From Reclinomonas americana ATCC 50394 (lineage: Eukaryota): 52,496 nucleotides of DNA. The DNA is taken from positions 1-52,496 of the forward strand of contig PS015105.1 in NCBI GenBank assembly GCA_048213135.1. Direction: 5' to 3'. The notes below the pieces were generated by a model. The model ran no database searches. It was not told where the DNA came from and was given only the letters and a program-made list of their open reading frames with translations. Made by a program: the position numbers and the translations under genes. This document shows, one piece after another, positions 37,655-52,496 of the stretch (its first letter is position 1; the number at the start of each line of letters is the position of its first letter).

Positions 37655-39631
37655 AANNNNNNNNNNNNNNNNNNNNAGAGAGAGAGAGAGAGGAGAGACT
37701 GCGTGTATGGGCGCGCTGATAATGCAAAGAAATGAGACTTCACACAATAGCTGATTGATGTTGCTCTCAGACGTTTCATCCGTTCGTGTGTGCGAGTGAT
37801 AGACAGGCAGATACTGTGAGGGCACCTGCGACACATGAACCAGCAGACGACGAAGGATGTGCGAAGACACGAAAGAAGAGATGAGATGCGCGGGTGTGTG
37901 AGTGGGCGTGCTACTTCTGCCTCGATTGCTGGGTGTCTCACACGAAAAGCACTGACTGAAGTCTCGTCTGCGTTCTGTCTCTATCGCTCACGTCACACTG
38001 ATGAGAATATCTCGTGAAACCAGAGGCAACACTCTTCCATCATGTGAGAGAGCTGTGAATCAACCAACCTTGGTGCAGAGGCTGCATGCAACACCTCCGT
38101 GTAGTACTGTCCCAGCTTGCGCACCAGCGCGCCCACATTTCGCTTCCGCACCACCTTGTTGTCGGTCTTGTCGCGCACGACGTCGTCGAGGGCGAACACG
38201 GAGGAGGAGCTGGAAGGGAAGACAGTGAGTGAGTGGGACGAGGAAAGGGAGGATACGAGACAGATAAAGAAGAGATATAGTGCAAGAGAACACAAGAGAG
38301 AGAGAGAGAGAGCGATAAACAGCGAAGCAGAAGACAAGGAACGCAGCGAGCGCGCAAGAGCTGGCACGAGCGAGAGAGTGAGACTGAGGCAGAGGAGAGT
38401 TCCCAGCGACCGAGAGAGAAGAAAGGAGCACAGTGCACAGGAGAGAGCGTCCGCACTCTTGAGAGACAGCTGGCGGAGACGAGACACAAGAGAGACTGAC
38501 ACAAAGCGAGACAGAGAGAACAACGAGAAGACGCAGAGAGAGAGAGAGAGAACGAGACAATGGGAAGAGAACAGAGTGATCGGTGACTGAGAGAACGCGA
38601 TGTGAGATGGGCTGAGACAGAGGAGACAGAGGAGAGGAACAGCGAGACGATGAGAGAAAACGAGACGAAAGAAGAGAACAGAGTGACACAGTGACTGAGA
38701 CGAGACGAAAGCAGGAGAGCAAAACAACAAGAATAGTTTGAGACAACGAGACAAGGAGAAGAACAGAGTGACACATTGACAGAGAGAACGAGACACAAGA
38801 GAGGCAGAAGCAGAGGCAACAGAGGAGAGGAACAGCGAGACGATAAGAGAGAACGAGACAGGAGAAGAGAACAAAGTGACACAGTGGCTGAGAGACGGGA
38901 GAGCAAACAACGAGAGACAACGTGAGAACGAGAGAGAACAGAGTGACACATAGACACAGGGAACGAGACACAAGAGAGGCTCATGCACAGGTACGNNNNN
39001 NNNNNNNNNNNNNNNNNNNNNNNNNNNNNNNNNNNNNNNNNNNNNNNNNNNNNNNNNNNNNNNNNNNNNNNNNNNNNNNNNNNNNNNNNNNNNNNNNNNN
39101 NNNNNNNNNNNNNNNNNNNNNNNNNNNNNNNNNNNNNNNNNNNNNNNNNNNNNNNNNNNNNNNNCACAGCGAGGCAGAGAGGCCATCGAGAAGAGAACAG
39201 AGTGACTGAGAGACGAGACACGAGAGAGGCTGAGGCACAGGGGAACAAGTGACTGAGCGATTTCGTGACTGAATCACTGAATGACTGACACACAAGAATG
39301 CCACCGAAGCACTCAGAGAACGCACTCAAGAGAGAACACGCGTTACGCGCGCGACAATTCCACAATCAACGAATTTGTGAGAGAAAACTCAACAACTGAT
39401 GCAACACATCGCACAACACCACGCCATCGCTCAGATCCTCCAGTCGCTCAAACGGTCGCGACACACCCTCCACAGTGTGCAACTGTGTGTGTGTGAGAGA
39501 GAGAGTGTAAACAAACGAAATTGCGCGCCATGTCACACACGAAAAACACAAAATCGTGGAGAAAGCGGTGGTGGGGAGAGTGTGCGCGTGCGTACCCATG
39601 CGAGCATGGCGTTCAACTGGTGCTCGTCCAT
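31094..39631 (-). CDS. Hook-family microtubule/dynein adaptor, multi-exon; central exons present twice
   Basis: MDEHQLNAMLAW/LHTV..LEDLSDGVVLCDVLHQ/..DNKVVRKRNVGALVRKLGQYYTEVL/..EIFKFCRYMIGTLSTCENREVLVDRI..LDGHTQEQLMHMIFETM (Hook N-terminal CH-like domain), long coiled coil, C-terminal IASAFYEL motif, TGA at 31094. Confidence 0.8.
33833..38995. repeat. ~2.5 kb tandem duplicate (33833-36351 vs 36372-38995), probably two alleles
   Basis: Both copies start at the same base (gcgtctccgccaactc) right after a gap and are separated by a 20-N gap; the exonic differences I checked are synonymous. Confidence 0.85.
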
Positions 39632-40048
39632 AGCGCTCTTGTGAGTGTGTGTTTTGTGTACGTGACAATGCTCGCTCTGTCCGCCACTGTCCGCCTCCCT
39701 TCTGTTGCGTGAGTTCTCGTGTTCTTTTGGTATTATTCAATAGGAGAGACACGCAAGCCTCCACGCGACGTTCGCTCATTCGCACTGGACTGACAGCGAT
39801 AGAGTGTGCATTCATTGATTGACAATGCTCGCTCTGTCCGTGTCACTTGTGTTGTGCCCGCGTGCGTGTGTGTTCATTCGACACAAGACACTCGTGCTTC
39901 TACGCAAACAATCACCAACGTGTCCACTGCTCAGCGTTTGAGCGTGTGCATTCTTTGAGTGACAGTGCTCGCTCTGTCCGCGACTGTCCGTGTGTCTTTT
40001 GTGCGCGCGTTTTTTTGACACAAAGACGTGTGTTTTTAAGGCACAACC

Positions 40049-40289
40049 ATGGCGCGCAATGCGGAGAAGAGTCAGGCGATGGTGCGTGTGGCAGAGGAAG
40101 AGAGAGAATGTGTGGGGAAAGAGTCGCATTCAGACTTGCTCAATTGCAAGACAAGAGAGATGAGAAGGAAGAGAATGTGTGAGAGAGAGAGCTCCTGTGC
40201 AAACACGCACTTGCACGTTCTCACAATAGTCAGAGAAGAGTCACTTGCAGCACACTGTTGCACACTCAATGCACACAAGAGAAAGAAAA

Positions 40290-40320
<31 letters not shown>

Positions 40321-41606
40321 AGAGCGAGGCAAGATCTCTCAACGAGACTCGCATTGTGACAGCAGTAAATGCACCTTACACGCAGACTTACACACACATT
40401 CTCTCTCACATACACACACACACACACACACTCTTGTACACCCACATACACACACACACACTCTCTTACACACACTCGCACACTCACACACTTGCACACA
40501 CTTACACACATTTGCACACATGAACACTTGTCTCTCACGCTCATTCCCACGCTTCTCTCTCTCCCTCCCTCCCCCTCCCTCCCTCACTCACTCTCCTTGT
40601 CTTCTCGCAGCTCAACAAGTTCCTGAAGGCGAAAGCCGACCGGATGTTTGGCAAGGAGGACGACAAGAGGCGACCGCGCATGGCGTCCATGTGCGATAAT
40701 CTGCAGGAGGCGGAACGATGGAGAAAGGAGATGATCAAGGATGTTGAGTGGATTCGTTGGGGGGATTTTGCCTGCATGATGGGGTCTCTCGCTGCTTGCC
40801 CTCTTACCCAATCGCCTTTTCTCCTTTTGTCTCCTTTCCTTGCCCTCCTGCCCATCTCACCTCCCTCCCTTCCATCCCTCTCTCCCAGATTTCCAAGAAA
40901 ATCACCGAAGTCCAGAACGGTTTGTGCCCTTTTCCCCAACCCCCCGCTCCCTTCTCCCCCACTCATCTCACCTCTCCCCCCCACAGCGAGTCTCGGCGAG
41001 CACAAGATCCGCGACCTCAACGACGAGATCAACAAGCTGCTGCGCACAAAACGGCACTGGGAGAGACGCATTGTGGAGCTCGGCGGACCCGATTACACGG
41101 TACTATTTCTACTTCTGCCCTCTCCACCTCCCTTCCCCTATCCCTCACTCCTTCCCGCCCAGCGCATCTCCGCCAAAGTCGCCGAGGAGGAAGGCATGCG
41201 CGTCGGCCGCTCCAGCTACCTCTACTTTGGCGCCGCCAAGGAGCTGCCGGGCGTGCGCGAGCTGTTCAAGACCGAGGAGAAGGTGGCGGTGCGCACGCGC
41301 CACGAAATGTACAAGGGCGTGGATGCCGACTATTACGGTTTCCGCGACGAGGACGACGACACGCTGGTGCCGCTGGAGACCGACGCCGAGGCCGCCGGTC
41401 GTCGTGCGCTGGTGGACGAGTGGGAGGCGCGTCACGGCAAGTATGTGCCGCCGGCGGCGCCGGTGGGGGCGGGAGGGGCGGCGGTGGGCGAGTTTGTGGC
41501 GCACGTGCCGATGCCGTCGACGGAGGAGATTGAAAAGGTGATTCTGCAGCGGCGCAAGCAGGAGTTGCTGGATCGGCTAAAGCATGTGATGGCGGTGGAT
41601 GAGTGA
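40049..41606 (+). CDS. ISY1: Pre-mRNA splicing factor Isy1 (NTC/Prp19 complex), 5 exons
   Basis: MARNAEKSQAM/LNKF..RRPRMAS..AERWRKEMIKD/ISKKITEVQN/ASLGEHKIRDLNDEINKLLRTKRHWERRIVELGGPDY/..YLYFGAAKELPGVRELF..DADYYGFRDEDD..ILQRRKQELL. Confidence 0.97.
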
Positions 41607-41771
41607 GAGGGGGGTGGGAGGAGAAGGATGGGGGAAAGGGTGAAGGGAGGAGTGAATGTGAGGAACTCGTTGAAAGGTTCGTGCGTGTACTTTCTTGTCG
41701 TGGACCGGTGCTCGTGCGTCTGGCGATCACGACGTGCAGATTGTCACTTGCCAGCATTTTAGGAACGCTGC

Positions 41772-42044
41772 CTGGGAACGAGTATGCCATTGATCCGTCC
41801 GCCGTGCGCTTCCTGTTCTCCGTTTCTTGGAGTGGTGCAAGAGCAGACGCTTGGCGCTGAAGTGTGACCGACAATGCCAGACCGTTGCTCACTGCACTGC
41901 GTCAGGTGCATACTTCGCAGATGATCACTGCCTACATATGTATGACGACTACAAGGGCATGAGCTACCGCTACACCTAGCTATAGAGCACCGACGGCGAC
42001 ATGGGATCGAAGTGGCAGACTGCAAAGTCTTTCTTGTTGAGTGA
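41772..42044 (+). pseudogene. Degenerate relic of the last (TLDc) exon of a third copy of the TRAF-TLDc family
   Basis: GNEYAIDPSAVRFLFSVSWSGA matches GNAYAADPSGTSFLFSASWSGA of copy 1, followed by a frameshift, a stop and deletions. It ends gtctttcttgttgagtgaatgagc like copy 1 (gtcttcctcgttgagtgaatgagc). Confidence 0.8.
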
Positions 42045-42201
42045 ATGAGCGATGCCGGGGAGCGGTGTTTCTTGCAGCAGACAGCACCACCTGTGTTGCA
42101 GCATCCCCTTGTCGTCGGTTGTAGTCGACGTTTTGCTCTGGAACCATGCGGGACACAACCAATCTCGTTCTTTATAACGAAGGGAAGAGAGCAGGGGTTG
42201 A

Positions 42202-42504
42202 ATGGGATTCGAGGACGTGCGCGTGGGCGCGGGTGAAGGCAGTGGCTCGACCTCTGCTGCTCCTCCTCCTTTCTCCGATGAACAGATTGTTCTCGAGCAG
42301 CAAGTGATGCGAGTGAGGAATGCACTCACTGGCGACGACGAGGAACAATACGTGTTTCGTGTGGTGCGCGCTGTGCATCGTCGTCCTCTATCAGAGGAGG
42401 GAGAAGAGGAAGCAAAGCCACCGCGTGTGTGGATGGAGCAAGTGGCGCCAGAGTCGCGGGAGAAGGCGGATGATTATCTGTGTCCAGTGTGTTTGGTGAG
42501 TGTG

Positions 42505-42564
<60 letters not shown>

Positions 42565-44685
42565 TGTGTGTGTGTGTGTGTGTGTCGTCTCTCTCTCTCT
42601 CCGCCCCCATCGAAATAAGACACTGACCATGACATGACTCCCTCGTGCGCTGCAGGATCTGTGTGCTCCGGATTTCGTTTTGTGTGTCAGCGAGTTGCAT
42701 CACCTGTGCCGGTGAGTGAGAAAGAGGAGCACAATGTGCTTCATGCTGGTTTTCTGACAAGTGCGACGCAGTGAGCACGTGACGGAGGCTGGAGTGGATC
42801 TGTGTGGCGACGGGGTCACATCGCTGGTCACGCTGAAGGAAGTAGCGCGACGAAGCCAGATATCGTATGGCAATGTCAAAGTTATGCGTTGTTGTTGATG
42901 ATCATGATGCAGAGGGCATGCAAGTTGCCAGAGATGTTAACATGAGGGAGCATCACAGATCACATGTCCACAGTGCCACGCGCCCATGGTTTGTGGTTGT
43001 TCATGGAGAGTTGTTTGTCTTGCTTTCTCTCTTCTCACTATGGATGAGAAACAGACGGTGGGCGACTATTACCGCACACATGCCCTGTCGCAGTGCCCGT
43101 ATGCGTGCGAGAGGTGTGGCCAGCAGATGACACTGGATCGCACGGCGGAGCATGAGTGGAGTGGATGCTTGCGTGAGTGTCCGCTCGGATGTGGAGTGCA
43201 ACTGGCGCTGAGTGAGATGGTGGAGCACAGCTGGAGTGGGTGCATGCGGGCGTGTCCGCGTGGATGTCAGCAGCAGTGTTCATTGGCGGAGATGCAGCGG
43301 CATCTTGGTGAGTGTGCTTGATGATGAAGAGATATGGCGTATGCTGCGACACTGATTTTGTCAATTTGTTCATTTGTGACAGAAACGGAGTGCCCATTGC
43401 AGCACACAGTGTGTCGTGGTAGTGAACTGGGGTGTGAATGGCGTGGTATTATTGGAGAGAAGGAGGAGCACGAGCGAGTGTGCGACGTGTTGCGAGTGGA
43501 AGGACCGCTGCGAGAGGTGATTTTGAAGGATGGGCGGTGGACGGTGCTGGTCATTCACGCAGCTGATGTAGCTTGCGTGATGTACACAGCTGCATGGGCA
43601 CGTGCGAGAGCTCTCACAGCTGGTGGCTCAGGAGAGAGAGGCAAGACAAGCTGTGGAGGAGCGTTTATCTCGCGAGCAATATGCGTGGCGATTATCTGAG
43701 GAGCGCCTTGTTGACTGCGTGGGAATGCTTGTCGAGTGCCGCCAGCAACTTGTATTGTGCACCGAGCAACTTGAGTCTGAGCGACGCATGCGGGAGTCCC
43801 TGGAGAGAGGCGTTGCTGAGGTTTGCTGTGTGAGTGCTGGGGGTCATCAGTGCAATTGTCCTCCCCTCATTCAGTCTCCTGTCAATCTGCAGCTCCTTGA
43901 TCGTGTCCAACCGCTGGAGGTGCGCGAACGGGCGATCCAGGAACGAGAGACGGCTGAGCGGGAGCGGCTGGCCAGAGAGCAGGAGGAGCGAGAGCGACAA
44001 GCCAGGGAGCGGGAGGAGCGGGAGCGCGAGGCCAGGAAACAGGAGGAACGTGAGCGGGCGAAATGGAAGATCAATAGCGATCTGCTGAGTGAGGCGGATG
44101 CGCGAATTGTGCTGCAGTGGGTGCAGCAAGCGCGAGGCGGCGGCGGAAGCGTGCCAAAGTTGACGTTGCTCTTCAAGGGCAGTCGAGATGGGTTTGCAGG
44201 AGCCACATTCCATCAACGATGTGACAATCGTGGGTGAGTGGTTGAGAAAAGGGGAGAGCTTGTTGTGCTCAGTGGCTGATGGGTGAGTGACTGCGCGCAG
44301 ACCGACACTGACTGTAGCCAAGTCGTCGGCGGGACGAGTGTGCGGCGGGTACACGCCTGTATCATGGACGTCTGGGAACGCTTATGCCGCCGATCCATCC
44401 GGCACCAGCTTCTTGTTCTCGGCGTCGTGGAGTGGTGCAAGTGCGCGACGATTTGCCCTGAAGGCTGATTTCAAACACCAGGCCGTTTACCATTACTCTG
44501 GACATGGACCAACCTTCGCGGGCTCTCATAGCCTTCTCCTTTATGGCAACTGCAACAGCAACAGCGGCAGCTACAGCGACCCTTACTCGTACCAGAGCAC
44601 CGACGGTGGGGCATTTGACGACAAGACACTGATGGGATCGAAGGCCTTCCAAGTGGCAGACTACGAAGTCTTCCTCGTTGAGTGA
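42202..44685 (+). CDS. RING-like + TRAF-type zinc fingers + coiled coil + TLDc protein, copy 1 (9 exons)
   Basis: YLCPVCL/DLCAPDFVLCVSELHHLCR/EH..LCGD; CPQC..H..C, CERC..H..C, CPLGC..H..C, CPRGC..HL/ETECP, CRGSELGCEW..HERVC; ERE-rich coil; TLDc LLFKGSRDGF..FHQRCDNRG/PTLTV..GGYT..W..SFLFS..GPTF..DYEVF. Confidence 0.85.
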
Positions 44686-44851
44686 ATGAGCTGTGTGCTG
44701 GAGAGCGATCATCACACAGCAGACAGCACCGCACACAGTAATTCAGCAGAACTTCATCTGTTCTATTGTCGTCTTGTTGATCCTGGCAACAAAGCAGATT
44801 GAACGGGACGACCAATCCCATTCCTTACAAGGCGAAGAGAGCAGGGGTTGA

Positions 44852-45160
44852 ATGGGATTTGAGGACGTGCGCGTGCACGAGGGCGAAGGCAGCGGATCTG
44901 CCGCTGCTCCTCCTCCTCCTCCTGCCGAGGATGCGAGTCAGATTGTTCTCGAGCAGCAAGTGATGCGAGTGAGGAATGCACTCACTGGCGACGACGAGGA
45001 ACAGCACGTGTTTCGTGTGGTGCGCGCTGTGCATCGTCGTCCTCCTTTAGAGGAGGGAGAGGAGGAAGCAAAGCCACCGCGTGTGTGGATGGAGCAAGTG
45101 GCGCCAGAGTCGCGCGAGAAGGCGGACGATTATCTGTGCCCAGTGTGTTTGGTGAGTGTG

Positions 45161-45214
<54 letters not shown>

Positions 45215-47336
45215 GTGTGTGTGTGTGTGCGCGCGCGTTGAGTCGTTCTCTCTCTCTCTCTCTCTCTCTGTTGTGTGTGCATTGATGATGACATCGACAT
45301 CATCTGTAATCAGGATCTGTGTGCTCCGGATTTCGTATTGTGTGTCAACGAGTTGCATCACCTGTGCCGGTGAGTGAGAAAGGAGAGTAGTGTGCTTCAT
45401 GCTGGCTTCATGACATGTGCGACGCGCAGTGAGCACGTGACGGAGGCTGGAGCTGATCTATGTGGTGACGGAGTCACATCGCTGGTCACGCTGAAGGAAG
45501 TAGCGCGACGAAGCCAGATATCGTATGGCAATGTCAAAGTTGCGTGTGGTTTGGTGAGTGGCATGGGCGCGTCACAGTTATGTTGACATGATCGAGCACC
45601 ACAGATTGCATGCCCGCTGTGCCGCGCGCCCATGGTTTGTGTTGTTCATGGAGAGTTGGTTGTCTTGCTTGTCTCTCCTCACTATGGATGGGAAACAGAC
45701 GGTGGGCGACTATTACCGCACACATGCGCTGACGCAGTGCCCATATGCATGCGAGAGATGTGGAGAGCAAATGTCATTGGATCGCACGGCGCAGCACGAG
45801 TGGAGTGGATGCTTGCGCGAGTGTCCACTCGGATGTGGAGCAAGAATGGCACTGAGTGAGATGGTGGAGCACAGCTGGAGTGGGTGCATGCGAGCGTGTC
45901 CACGTGGATGCCAGCAGCAGTGTCCACTGGCGGACATGCAGAGGCATCTGGGTGAGTGTGCATTGTGAAGAGAGGTGTATCAGGACACTGATGTGGTGCG
46001 TCTCCTGTGGCAGAAACGGAGTGCCGACTGCAGCACACAGTGTGTCGTGGTAGTGAACTGGGGTGCGGGTGGCGGGGTATTGGTGGGGAGAGGAAGGAAC
46101 ACGAGCGAGTGTGTGATGTGTTGCGAGTGGAGCGACCGCTGCGAGAGGTGAGAATGGAATGATGATCAGTGGACGTTGCTGGTCCTTGTGCGACTGATGT
46201 GGCTCGTATTTATGTGTGCACAGCTGCATGGTCGGGTGCGAGAGCTCTCACAGTTGGTGGCTGAAAGCAGGGAGACGCTACTTCAAGAGCGAGAGGCACG
46301 AAAGGCATGCGACGAACGTCTTGTCGATTGCGTTGGAATGCTTGTCGAGTGTCGCCAGCAACTGGCTGATGAGCGGCGTGCGAGGCAAGCCACTGACGAG
46401 AAACTTGTATCAGAGCAGCGCATGCGTGAAGCTCTCGAGAGATGTGTCGCCGAGGTCCGTTGTGTGAATGTCGGTGGCTTCGAGTGCGTCTCCGCTTCTC
46501 ACTCGAACAATCTGCAGCTGCTTGATCGTGTCAATCCGTTGGAGATACGTGAACGAGCGATTCAGGAGCGAGAGGCGGCTGAACGCGAGCGGCTGGTCAG
46601 AGAGCAGGAAGAGCGAGAGCGACAAGCCAGGGAGCGGGAGGAGCGGGAGCGTGCGGACAGAGAGCGAGAGGAGCGTGAGCGAGCGGAACGGAAGATTGAC
46701 AGCGATCTGCTGACTGTGGCGGATGCGCGAGTGGTGCTGCAATGGGTACAGCAAGCGCGAGGTGGCGGCACTGTTCCCAAGTTGACGTTGTTGTTCAAGG
46801 GCAGTCGAGATGGGTTTGCAGCAGCCACATTCCATCAGCGATGTGACAATCGTGGGTGAGTGATTGAGGGTGGAGATTGGTTGTCGACATAGATGACTGA
46901 TGTGTGAGTGATCGTGCACAGAGCAACGCTGACTGTGGTCAAGTCGTCGACGGGACGAGTGTGCGGCGGATACACGCCTGTCTCGTGGCAATCTTCTCCG
47001 CAAGGCACATGGGACCCCGATCCATCCGGCACCAGCTTCTTGTTCTCGGCGTCGTGGAGTGGTGCCAGTGCGCGTCGCTTTGCACTGAAGGACGATCAGA
47101 AACATCAGGCGATACAGCGATACCCCTTTTATGGACCTTTATTTGGAATGGGAGGCGGCCTTGTTTTGTCTCACAACTGCAACATCAGCAGCAGCAGCTA
47201 TAGCAACCCTACCTCGTTCCAGAGCACTGACGGGAGCGCGTTGGACAACACGACTCTGATGGGATCGCGTGACTTCCAAGTGGCAGACTATGAAGTCTTC
47301 TGCGTTGAACCTGCCTTCAATGACGGCTGGTGGTAG
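44852..47336 (+). CDS. RING-like + TRAF-type zinc fingers + coiled coil + TLDc protein, copy 2 (9 exons)
   Basis: Same exon structure and phases as copy 1, ATG 2650 bp downstream, all exons open; TLDc ends ..QVADYEVFCVEPAFNDGWW-TAG. Confidence 0.85.
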
Positions 47337-47400
47337 TGAAATATCAATCCGAAATTTCACCAACCACGAGCGCTCACACACACTTATTCCCATCTCGCAA

Positions 47401-50747
<3,347 letters not shown>

Positions 50748-52160
50748 GTTGCGTGCGGGGGTGGGAAATAGGGGGAAGGGGAAAGGAAGGATATAGGGGA
50801 ATGAGCCAGCATATCATTCGCCGGCAAGGATCTTTGTTTTTACGTGCTCTCCTGTCTCCTATCAATGGAGTTTCTTCTTTGGCTCAATGCATCGCTGCAT
50901 TCTCGATGTTTTCGTCATCGCTGCCCTTTCTCGTGACACGTTAACCTTCTCGGTTCTGTTGTCTCTCCTCTAATTCTCTCATCTATATACCTTCATGTCC
51001 ATTTCTTCCCTTTCACTCACTATCTTTGGGCGGATGCATCACTCTTTCACCGACCTTGTGATTCTCTCCTTTCACTGTGCGTGCCTTCTTCCTTTCATGG
51101 CGCTCTCGATTTGCTAGATTTCTTTTTTCTTTTCTTTCTTTCTTTCTGTCCCCTCCCTCTCACTCCCCTCTCTCTCTCCCCCTCTCTCTGTCCTCTCTCT
51201 CTCTCTCTNNNNNNNNNNNNNNNNNNNNNNNNNNNNNNNNNNNNNNNNNNNNNNNNNNNNNNNNNNNNNNNNNNNNNNNNNNNNNNNNNNNNNNNNNNNN
51301 NNNNNNNNNNNNNNNNNNNNNNNNNNNNNNNNNNNNNNNNNNNNNNNNNNNNNNNNNNNNNNNNNNNNNNNNNNNNNNNNNNNNNNNNNNNNNNNNNNNN
51401 NNNNNNNNNNNNNNNNNNNNNNNNNNNNNNNNNNNNNNNNNNNNNNNNNNNNNNNNNNNNNNNNNNNNNNNNNNNNNNNNNNNNNNNNNNNNNNNNNNNN
51501 NNNNNNNNNNNNNNNNNNNNNNNNNNNNNNNNNNNNNNNNNNNNNNNNNNNNNNNNNNNNNNNNNNNNNNNNNNNNNNNNNNNNNNNNNNNNNNNNNNNN
51601 NNNNNNNNNNNNNNNNNNNNNNNNNNNNNNNNNNNNNNNNNNNNNNNNNNNNNNNNNNNNNNNNNNNNNNNNNNNNNNNNNNNNNNNNNNNNNNNNNNNN
51701 NNNNNNNNNNNNNNNNNNNNNNNNNNNNNNNNNNNNNNNNNNNNNNNNNNNNNNNNNNNNNNNNNNNNNNNNNNNNNNNNNNNNNNNNNNNNNNNNNNNN
51801 NNNNNNNNNNNNNNNNNNNNNNNNNNNNNNNNNNNNNNNNNNNNNNNNNNNNNNNNNNNNNNNNNNNNNNNNNNNNNNNNNNNNNNNNNNNNNNNNNNNN
51901 NNNNNNNNNNNNNNNNNNNNNNNNNNNNNNNNNNNNNNNNNNNNNNNNNNNNNNNNNNNNNNNNNNNNNNNNNNNNNNNNNNNNNNNNNNNNNNNNNNNN
52001 NNNNNNNNNNNNNNNNNNNNNNNNNNNGCACTCTCCCTCTCTCAGGCACTTGCTTGCTTCATTGCTGTGTTGTCTGCTCACTCGACAGCATCATCGGTTT
52101 GCATCATTTACATAAGACCATTGCTAAACGAATTTGCCCTTCATTTTCTGTATCATGCAG

Positions 52161-52465
52161 TGCCGTGAGCTCTGGTCACGAGGGTGAGGAGGACGAGGAG
52201 TTTGTACCGAATGTGATTCCCAAGAGCCACGAGGAGGTGGAGCGAATTGGACGTGCTATCGAGGGCAACTTCCTCTTCAACAGCCTCGACGAGAAGCAGC
52301 GACGGATTGTGTTTGACGCGCTGTTTGAGGTGTACGCGCGCGCTGGCGAGACCGTTATTCAGCAGGGCGAGGAGGGCGACAACTTTTATGTCATTGACAG
52401 CGGTGTCGTGGAGATCTTCAAGGAGATTGACGGCGTGGAGCAGAAGGTGCTCCAGCTGGGACCAG
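52161..52465 (+). CDS. cAMP-dependent protein kinase regulatory subunit-like exon (linker + first cNMP-binding domain); gene continues beyond the window
   Basis: cag|T AVSSG..FVPNVIPKSHEEVERIGRAIEGNFLFNSLDEKQRRIVFDALFE..AGETVIQQGEEGDNFYVIDSG..|gtgtgt; typical PKA-R IPKS..NFLF..LD and VIQQG.EGDNFYVI. Confidence 0.85.
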
Positions 52466-52496
52466 GTGTGTTTTGCGGGAAATGGGAAGGGTGGGG

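Noticed and set aside
41772-47336. Diversity-generating retroelement (template/variable repeat) explanation for TLDc variability
   Set aside because: Differences are not adenine-specific, include indels, and no reverse transcriptase is present in the window.

Overview
Draft-assembly window (many N gaps, dense GA/CA microsatellites) from a gene-dense, intron-rich eukaryote, probably a protist, using the standard genetic code. Genes were reconstructed by hand-splicing exons at GT..AG. In order: 3' end of a Pro/Gly/His-rich gene, TXNDC17/TRP14 thioredoxin, SSU72 phosphatase, a PH-domain/Rab-like GTPase fusion, a SYP7-type Qc-SNARE, an intronless P-loop NTPase split across a misoriented contig, kinesin-14, tRNA-Gln(CTG), a DUF4097/FAM185A-like protein, a Hook-family protein (middle part assembled twice, apparently as two alleles), ISY1, a tandem array of RING-like/TRAF-zinc-finger/coiled-coil/TLDc genes (two intact, one relic), and the 5' part of a PKA-regulatory-subunit-like gene. 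Two signals stand out. (1) About 18 of ~64 inferred introns (manual count) use a 5' splice site shifted by one base (GTTGCGT/GTTGAGT, G at +6), almost only when the exon does not end in G, while normal-register donors almost always follow an exonic G. (2) The TRAF-TLDc paralogues have near-identical zinc-finger exons but strongly diverged TLDc segments, like a variable-recognition E3 ligase family. All splice models and family calls come from motif recognition only; no searches or transcript data were available.
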